From positions 310,001 through 374,000 of the forward strand of contig NZ_JMCB01000002.1 in assembly GCF_000737315.1 (NCBI RefSeq): DNA of 64,000 nucleotides, in the 5' to 3' direction. Position 1 is the first letter of the stretch, and each line of letters starts with the position of its first letter. A program made the translations under genes and the position numbers. Under the pieces are notes generated by a model. The model was given only the letters and a program-made list of their open reading frames with translations. It made no database searches and was not told where the DNA came from. This stretch comes from Hyalangium minutum (lineage in GTDB: Bacteria > Myxococcota > Myxococcia > Myxococcales > Myxococcaceae). Positions 56,571 to 64,000 of the stretch are shown here, one piece after another.

Positions 56571-58214
56571 GTGGCCGTGAGCCCTGCGTCCCCGCGCAAC
56601 ATGAGCGACTACGAGGCCGTCCGCCGTTCCTTTCAATGGGAGCGGCCCGAGCACTTCAACTTCGCCCAGGATGTCATCGACAAACACGCGGCCGAGCGGC
56701 CGGGGGCCCTGGCGCTCCTGTGGAGCGACGAGGCCGGGAACGAGCGGCGCTTCACGTTCGCGGAGCTGAAGCAGCACTCGGTGCACGCGGCGCAGTTCCT
56801 CCTGAGCTTGGGGATGCAGCGAGGGGACCGGGCCTTCATCCTCATGCCGAGGGTGCCGGAGTGGTGGTTCCTGGTGCTCGGGTGCATCCGGGCGGGCATC
56901 GTCTTCATGCCGGGGACGCCCATGCTGACGACGAAGGACATCCGGTATCGGATCTTCGCGTCGGATGCGGCGGCGGTCATCACGGACGCGAGCTGCCTGG
57001 ACCGCTTCGAGGGCCTGGTGGGCACGGGGCGGGTGGAGAACTGGATCTGCCTGGGGAAGGCGCCCTCGCCGTGGGTGCGCTACGAGCCGGGAGCGGGGAC
57101 AGGCGTGCACGGGCTGACGTTCGAGCACACGCGGGCGGATGAGCCCATGCTCATCTACTTCACGTCCGGCACCACGGGCATGCCGAAGATGGTGCTGCAC
57201 ACGCAGGCAAGCTACGGCCTGGGGCACCAAATCACGGGGCGGTACTGGCTGGACCTGACGCCGGAGGACCGGCACCTGACGTTGTCGGACACGGGCTGGG
57301 CGAAGTGTGCCTGGGGCAAGCTCTTCGGGCCGTGGAGCCAGGGAGCGTGCAACGTCGTCTACGACTTCCGAGGGCGCTTCGACGCGGCGAAGGTGCTGCA
57401 GGTGCTGGAGCGGCAGAAGGTGACGACGTTCTGCGCGCCGCCGACGGCGTGGCGAGCGCTGGTGCTGCAGGACCTGTCGAAGTTCGACCTGAAGGCCATC
57501 CGGCACGTGGTGAGCGCGGGCGAGCCGTTGAACCCCGAAGTCATCGATACGTGGAAGCAGGCCACGGGGCTGTACATCCGCGAGGGCTACGGGCAGACGG
57601 AGACGGTGATGGTGGTGGGCATGTTCCCGTCGCTCGAGCCGAGGGCGGGCTCCATGGGCAAGCCATCACCGGGCTTCACGGTGGACGTCATCAACGAGCA
57701 GGGGCAGCCAGTGCCGGTGGGGCAGGAGGGAGACATCGCGGTTCGAGTGGCGCCCGAGCGTCCAGTGGGCCTGTTCCACGGCTACCTGAATGACGAGTCC
57801 GCGAACCAGGCTTGCCGCCGAGGGGACTGGTACGTGACGGGGGACCGGGCGGTGAAGGACGCGGACGGCTACTTCTGGTTCGTGGGGCGTGCGGACGACG
57901 TCATCAAGACGTCGGGCTACCGGGTGGGGCCATTCGAGGTGGAGTCCGCTCTGCTGGAGCACGTGGCGGTGGCGGAGTCAGCGGTGATTGGGGTGCCGGA
58001 CGAGCGCATTGGCCAGCGCATCAAGGCGTACGTGGTGCTGGCGCCGGGACACCGGGGCTCGCCAGAGCTGGCCATGGAGCTGCAGGAGCACGTGAAGAAG
58101 ACCACGGCTCCTTATAAGTACCCGCGGGAGATCGAGTTCGTCACCGAGCTGCCGAAGACGGTGAGCGGGAAGATCCGCCGTGCGGAGCTGCGAGGCACGC
58201 TGATGTCCTCGTGA
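56571..58214 (+). CDS. Medium-chain acyl-CoA synthetase (AMP-binding)
   Basis: YFTSGTTGMPK, SAGEPLN, YGQTET, TGD, GRADD, PKTVSGKI. Confidence 0.92.
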   Translation: MAVSPASPRNMSDYEAVRRSFQWERPEHFNFAQDVIDKHAAERPGALALLWSDEAGNERRFTFAELKQHSVHAAQFLLSLGMQRGDRAFILMPRVPEWWFLVLGCIRAGIVFMPGTPMLTTKDIRYRIFASDAAAVITDASCLDRFEGLVGTGRVENWICLGKAPSPWVRYEPGAGTGVHGLTFEHTRADEPMLIYFTSGTTGMPKMVLHTQASYGLGHQITGRYWLDLTPEDRHLTLSDTGWAKCAWGKLFGPWSQGACNVVYDFRGRFDAAKVLQVLERQKVTTFCAPPTAWRALVLQDLSKFDLKAIRHVVSAGEPLNPEVIDTWKQATGLYIREGYGQTETVMVVGMFPSLEPRAGSMGKPSPGFTVDVINEQGQPVPVGQEGDIAVRVAPERPVGLFHGYLNDESANQACRRGDWYVTGDRAVKDADGYFWFVGRADDVIKTSGYRVGPFEVESALLEHVAVAESAVIGVPDERIGQRIKAYVVLAPGHRGSPELAMELQEHVKKTTAPYKYPREIEFVTELPKTVSGKIRRAELRGTLMSS

Positions 58215-58234
58215 ATGAGGACCGCGACGGTCTC

Positions 58235-59668
58235 TCAGCTCCAGTCGGAGTGGACGAAGCCCGCTTCGGGCTTGTCGCGGCGCTGGTAGGTGTGCGCGCC
58301 GAAGGCGTCACGCTGCGCCTGCGTGAGGTTCTGCGGCAGCTCCGGGCTCCGGTAGCTGTCCAGGTACGCCAGGCTCGACGTGAACACCGGCACTGGGATG
58401 CCCAGCCGCACCGCCGTTCCCACCAGGCGCCGCCATGCCGGAGCCATCTTCGTCAGCACCGGCGCAAACGCGTCCGACACCACCAGGTTCGGCAGCTCCG
58501 GCTGCTGCGTGAAGGCCTCGCGCAGCGGGCTCAGCAGCTTCGCGCGGATGATGCAGCCACCCCGCCAGATGCGCGCCATCTCCGCCAGCGACACATTCCA
58601 GCGGTACTCCTTCGACGCCGCCTGGATGAGCCGCATCCCCTGCGCGTACGTCACCACCCGCGCCGCGTACAGCGCGTCATGCGCCCAGGACACGAGGTTC
58701 GCCTTCTCCTCGTCCGTGAGCGACAGCGGCGGTGCCGGGAGCTTGGCACTGGCCGCCACGCGCTCCTCCTTCATCGCCGACAGGTTGCGCGCATCCAGCG
58801 CCGCCGCGATGGACGGCACCGGAATCCCCAGGTCCAGCGACACCTGCACCGTCCACTTGCCCGTGCCCTTCTGGCCCGCCTTGTCCAGCACCAGATCCAC
58901 CAGCGGCTTGCCCGTCTCCGAGTCCTTCTTCCGCAGCACCTTGATGGTGGTCTCCAGCAGGAAGGACTCGGCGATGCCCTCGTTCCACTTCGCGAAGGTG
59001 TCCGCCAGCGCGTCCGCCGACAGCCCCAGCCCCCGGCGCAGCACGTCGTACGTCTCCGCCAGGAGCTGCATGTCCGCGTACTCGATGCCGTTGTGCACCA
59101 TCTTCACGAAGTGCCCCGCGCCATCCGGGCCCACGTGCGTCACACACAGCCCCGACTCGGCCCGGGCCGCGATCGCCTCCACCACCGGGCGGATGAGCGC
59201 GTATGCCTCGGCCGGGCCCCCCGGCATCAGCGAGGGCCCGTGCCGCGCGCCCTCCTCACCGCCGGACACGCCCATGCCAATGAAGTGCAGGCCCTTCTCC
59301 CGGAACGCCTTCTCGCGGCGCTGCGTGTCGAGGAACCACGAGTTGCCGCCGTCAATCAGCACATCCCCCGGCGACAGCAGCGGCGCCAGCTGCTCCATCA
59401 TCGAGTCCACCGGCGCGCCCGCCGTCACCATCAAGAGGATGCGGCGCGGACGTTCCAGCATTTGCACGAACTCTGCCAGCGAGCCCGTGCCCTTCATCTC
59501 CGGGTGCCCGTGCTTCGCGTGGATCGCGTCGATCTTCTCCGGGTGCCGGTCCCATGCCGCCACCTTGAAGCCGCGGTCCGCCACGTTGAGTGCGATGCTC
59601 GCCCCCATCACTCCCATGCCGGCCACGCCGAACTGGAATGCGCCCTGGGAATTCGCTGCTGAACTCAT
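58235..59668 (-). CDS. gndA: 6-phosphogluconate dehydrogenase, NADP-dependent
   Basis: GMGVMG, DGGN, VSGGEEGA, VKMVHNGIEY, QKGTG, QAQRDAFGAHTY. Confidence 0.95.
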   Translation of the reverse strand: MSSAANSQGAFQFGVAGMGVMGASIALNVADRGFKVAAWDRHPEKIDAIHAKHGHPEMKGTGSLAEFVQMLERPRRILLMVTAGAPVDSMMEQLAPLLSPGDVLIDGGNSWFLDTQRREKAFREKGLHFIGMGVSGGEEGARHGPSLMPGGPAEAYALIRPVVEAIAARAESGLCVTHVGPDGAGHFVKMVHNGIEYADMQLLAETYDVLRRGLGLSADALADTFAKWNEGIAESFLLETTIKVLRKKDSETGKPLVDLVLDKAGQKGTGKWTVQVSLDLGIPVPSIAAALDARNLSAMKEERVAASAKLPAPPLSLTDEEKANLVSWAHDALYAARVVTYAQGMRLIQAASKEYRWNVSLAEMARIWRGGCIIRAKLLSPLREAFTQQPELPNLVVSDAFAPVLTKMAPAWRRLVGTAVRLGIPVPVFTSSLAYLDSYRSPELPQNLTQAQRDAFGAHTYQRRDKPEAGFVHSDWS

Positions 59669-59714
59669 CGAGTCCTCCTGGAGGATCCGCCCTTGGGGCG
59701 GATCCGAGTCTGCG

Positions 59715-60379
<665 letters not shown>

Positions 60380-60383
<4 letters not shown>

Positions 60384-61924
60384 TTGATCACCGTCCAGCG
60401 CCGGCCGTCCTTCGCGAGCAGCTGTGCCGCCGCGTCCGGCCCCGTGCTCCCCGGTGCGTACTCGTGAATCGGGCCGCCCTGGCCAGACTCCAGCGCCCGG
60501 AGGATGGGAGTGACGTAGGCCCACGCCTGTTCCACGCTGTCCTTGCGCGCGAACAGCGTGGCGTTGCCGCGCATGCAGTCCAGCAGCAGGCGCTCGTAGG
60601 CCTCGGGCACGGGCTTGGCGAAGGACTCCGCGTAGCCGAAGTCCATGGTGACGCCAGCAATGCTCACGTCCTCGCCCGGCACCTTGGACTCGAACGAGAG
60701 GGCGATGCCCTCCTGGGGCTGGATGCGCAGCCGCAGCACGTTGGGCTGCAGCCGCTGGCACGCCTCGCCCGTGCTGAACAGGCTGATGGGCACCGCCTTG
60801 AAGTGGATGGACACCTCCGTGAGCCGCTTCGCCAGCTTCTTGCCCGCGCGCAGGTAGAAGGGCACGCCCTGCCAGCGCCAGTTGTCCACGTTCATCTTCA
60901 TGGCCACGTAGGTGGGCGTGCGCGAGTCCTTCGCCACGCCCTGCTCCTCGCGGTAGCCCTTGTACTGGCCGGCCACCACGTGCGAGGCCACCTCCTCGCC
61001 CTCCACCGAGCGCAGCGCCCGGAACACCTTGTTCTTCTCGTCGCGGATGTCCTCCGCCCCGAACGAGGTGGGCGGCTCCATCGCGCACAGCGCCAGCACC
61101 TGCAGCAGGTGGTTCTGCACCATGTCGCGGATGACGCCCGTCTCGTCATAGAAGTGCCCGCGCCCGCCCTCCATCCCCAGCGCCTCCGTGGCGGTAATCT
61201 CCACGTGGTCGACGTAGTTGCGGTTCCACAGCGGCTCGAAGATGAGGTTGGCGAAGCGGAACACCAGGATGTTCTGCACCGTCTCCTTGCCCAGGTAGTG
61301 GTCGATGCGGAAGATCTGCCGCTCGTCCAGCACGGAGGCCAGGTTGCGGTTCAGCTCCTTCGCCGTCTCCAGGTCGCGGCCGAAGGGCTTCTCGATGACG
61401 AGCCGCCGCCAGGGGCGCTGGCCGGGCTGCTCCTCGCGCGGCAGCAGGCCGGCTCCGGCCAGGCCCTTGAGCAGGGGGGGGAAGGTGGAGGCGGGGGTGG
61501 CCAGGTAGTAGAGCTGGTTGCCCTGGGTGTTGTAGCGCTTGCCCACGGTGTCCAGGCGCTCGCGCAGCCGCTGGAAGGCGGCGGGGTCGTCATAGTTGCC
61601 GGAGATGCACTCCATCCGCGAGGCGAAGCGCTCCCAGGTGGGCTCGTCCAGGGGCTGGGTGCGAGCGAACTTCTGGAGGCCCTCCTTCACCTGGGCGCGG
61701 AAGGCGTTGTCGTCCTGCGCCGAGCGGCTGAAGGCCACCAGGGCGAACTCCTCCGGAAGGAGCCCGGAGCGGGCCAACTCGAAGAGGGCGGGGAAGAGCT
61801 TGCGCTGGGCCAGGTCTCCCGTGGCTCCGAAGAGGACGAGGATACACGGGTCCGGGCGATCCGCGCGGACGATGGGTTCGCCCTCGCGAGGGGTGGTCTG
61901 GATGTGCAGACCCTGGGCATCCAT
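60380..61924 (-). CDS. zwf: Glucose-6-phosphate dehydrogenase
   Basis: GATGDLA, EKPFG, RIDHYLGKE, RDMVQNH, YLRAGK. Confidence 0.95.
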
Positions 61925-62013
61925 GCGGGCTTCCTCCGGGACTGAAGCGGTGGATGGGGGCACACCTTAAGAGGCTTTGCCCCCGGATGCTGGAGAAAGC
62001 GCGCGCAGTGTCC

Positions 62014-62886
62014 TTACCCGAGCAACTGCTTCCAGTTCTGTGCGCGAGCCCAGTCCTCGAAGGAGCGCCAGCCCACCTCGGGGTAGTCCTTGCGGAGGGC
62101 GGCGATGTCAGCGCTGTAACCCTTCGTGTCGAACCACTCGAACATGATGCCCATGTCCTCGTTCTGGGCACGCATCTGCGCCACGGGGACTTCCACGTAC
62201 TTGAACGGCTTGCCGGAGGCGCGCGAGAAGAGCTCCGCCACCTGCTCACCGGACAGCTCGTTGGAGGCCAGGTTGATGCGCTTGCCGAGGAAGTGCTCGC
62301 GCCGGTCGATGACGAGCGCGCCGAAGTTGCCGATCTCCTCCACGCTGATGTGCTGCAGGACGCGCTTGCCGGGCATGGCGAGGGCGACGACGCCCTGCTT
62401 GAGGCCCCCGCCGAACCAGGAGCTCACGAGGTTCTCGGCGAAGAACACAGGGGCGATGATGGTGTAGGGGAGGCCGGACTTGACGAGGTACTCCTCGACG
62501 CGGGCCTTGCTGTCGAAGTGAGGGATGCCCGTCTCTTTGTCGGCGTCGGAGACGGAGGTGTAGACGACGTGCTTGACGCCGGCGGCCTTGGCGGCGTCCA
62601 CGGCGGTGATGCCCTGGCGCGTCTCGGTGTCCATGCCGGCCTCGAAGGGCGTGCTCATGATGAAGACGGCATCCACACCCGTCATGGCGCGCACGAGCGC
62701 ATCGCTGTCATCGAAGCTGCCCACGGCCAGCTCGGCGCCGAGCTGCTTGAGCGCGAGCGCCCCGGCGGAGTCCGGCTTGCGCGTGAGAGCGCGGACCTTG
62801 TGACCCTTCTTGAGGAGTGCGCGAGCGACCGCGCCACCCTGCTGGCCCGTGGCACCGGTGACAAGAACGGAGAGAGGCTTCGACAT
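62014..62886 (-). CDS. NmrA/HSCARG-family NAD(P)-binding protein
   Basis: VTGATGQQG, PHFDSK. Confidence 0.9.
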   Translation of the reverse strand: MSKPLSVLVTGATGQQGGAVARALLKKGHKVRALTRKPDSAGALALKQLGAELAVGSFDDSDALVRAMTGVDAVFIMSTPFEAGMDTETRQGITAVDAAKAAGVKHVVYTSVSDADKETGIPHFDSKARVEEYLVKSGLPYTIIAPVFFAENLVSSWFGGGLKQGVVALAMPGKRVLQHISVEEIGNFGALVIDRREHFLGKRINLASNELSGEQVAELFSRASGKPFKYVEVPVAQMRAQNEDMGIMFEWFDTKGYSADIAALRKDYPEVGWRSFEDWARAQNWKQLLG

Positions 62887-62982
62887 GGGGTTCCTCCTGG
62901 TTTCGAGTAGACGAAAGCCTCCTAAAGCAACCGGGATGCCATCGCCAAGTCCTTGATTCGCCGTGTGACGGCGGGGCAACAG

Positions 62983-62997
62983 CTCTCAATTTGAGAG
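62983..62997. promoter_or_regulatory. Palindrome ctctcaa-t-ttgagag (contains LysR-type T-N11-A)
   Basis: 7-bp inverted repeat between the divergent nmrA-like gene and 63111 ORF. Confidence 0.4.
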
Positions 62998-63110
62998 GAC
63001 GAGACCTCAAGGCGAGGAGGGTCTGGCGGATGTGCTGCTGGGGTCGAGCTAAGCAGGTTCTGCTTGGATTGCAGATCCCTGCTCACCTCATGCCGTGCCA
63101 GAGTGCCGCC

Positions 63111-64000
63111 ATGCCCTCCTCCAAAGACCCTGTCTGCTCACGCTGGCATTTGCTGGGAGTCTCGACCGTGCTCGCCCTCACGGCGGCGGGCTGCGATCCC
63201 GTCGCTGCCAGCGCTCCCGCTGCGCCGCAGGCGCCTCTCACCCAGGCGGCCCAGAGGCTGAACTGCGAGGGCAGCGAGGTGAGCGGCTCATGCGAGTTCT
63301 ACCAGGTGGCCGAGGCCGAGGCCGACACCTACGTCAAGATCGGGTCCCAGCGTGAGCAGGACAAAAACTATGGCCACGAGGCCAGCTTCGCCGTCAGCGG
63401 CTGGTACTATACGTACGGCTACCTCCGCTTCAACCTGGGCAACCTCCCCGCTGGCGTGCAGGTCCACTCAGTGAAGCTCTCGGCCACGGCCTTCAAGGGG
63501 TACTCCCAGAACGGTGATGGCAACGTCTACGCGTACCTGGTCCCGAACAACTCGTGGAATGAGTACTACCTGACCTGGAACTACCGGCCGTGGGAAGTCG
63601 GAGATCCGCTGGGCTCATGGTTCCTGTGGTACCCCGTCGGCGACAGGACCGAGGACAAGGTCGGCGTGAACGCGGATCCGAGCCTCATCCCGGTCGTCCA
63701 GAACGCCGCGAATGCCACGGATCGGCGGATCTCGTTCCTGCTCCGGATCAATGGCGCGTACAACACGACCTACTACTCGCGCGAGGAGGCGGTCGCCTCG
63801 AGGCGCCCCAAGCTCCAGGTCGGCTACGTCTGGCCGGCCCTCACGTCCGAGGACGCCTGGGCGAGCGCGAGCCCCGCGCCTCTCGCCCTCACGAAGCAGT
63901 CCGCGACGCTGCTGGCGGATGGCCGGGTGCTGGTGGCGGGAGGAGCCGACTCCGTGGGGTGGACGGCCAGTGCGGCGGTCTACTCGCCCGCCACGCGCAC
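63111..64000 (+). CDS. Lipoprotein with DNRLRE/CBM96-like domain then Kelch repeats, 3'-truncated by window edge
   Basis: Absent from the ORF track (no stop in window); MPSSKDP...LTAAGC lipobox; ADTYV, YLRFNL, LTWN.RP, YYSRE...RP.L, then ATLLADGRVLVAGG. Confidence 0.8.
   Translation, partial: MPSSKDPVCSRWHLLGVSTVLALTAAGCDPVAASAPAAPQAPLTQAAQRLNCEGSEVSGSCEFYQVAEAEADTYVKIGSQREQDKNYGHEASFAVSGWYYTYGYLRFNLGNLPAGVQVHSVKLSATAFKGYSQNGDGNVYAYLVPNNSWNEYYLTWNYRPWEVGDPLGSWFLWYPVGDRTEDKVGVNADPSLIPVVQNAANATDRRISFLLRINGAYNTTYYSREEAVASRRPKLQVGYVWPALTSEDAWASASPAPLALTKQSATLLADGRVLVAGGADSVGWTASAAVYSPATR

Overview
GC-rich myxobacterial (Myxococcales-like) chromosomal window. There is no intact rRNA, tRNA or CRISPR array. 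Left part (1-22 kb) is accessory: hydrolases, two paralogous Ig-like/Kelch lipoproteins, a DUF4091 lipoprotein and an iron-uptake operon (TonB-PepSY-TBDR-PiuC) with Fur-like boxes. It also holds a sigma54-type operon pairing a Gly/Ala-rich protein with a trigger-factor paralogue that lacks the ribosome-binding domain, and a lipoprotein toxin/immunity-like pair. Three dispersed copies of a tmRNA-like 3' end (att-like cores) punctuate this part; two sit beside decayed tyrosine-integrase fragments. Centre (23.7-35.4 kb) is the light-regulated carotenoid cluster crtE-crtI-crtB-[HMG-CoA reductase]-crtD-crtC-GT-crtYc-crtYd-acyltransferase-carA-carH, with a readable 11-bp-repeat CarH/CarA operator. 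Right part is a signalling block: a (GLSTN)6-repeat exported protein, two Ser/Thr kinases with degenerate cyclase-like domains, an FHA-PAS hybrid kinase and an OPT peptide transporter. It is followed by a DUF4139 pair, a polysaccharide lyase, an acyl-CoA synthetase, zwf-pgl-gnd, an NmrA-like protein and a truncated third Kelch lipoprotein. Best novelty candidates are (i) the tmRNA-att-bounded toxin/immunity cassette, (ii) the trigger-factor-like chaperone plus putative secreted pore-former operon, and (iii) a possible pentapeptide/OPT/kinase signalling module. All assignments come from motif recognition by eye; no searches were run.
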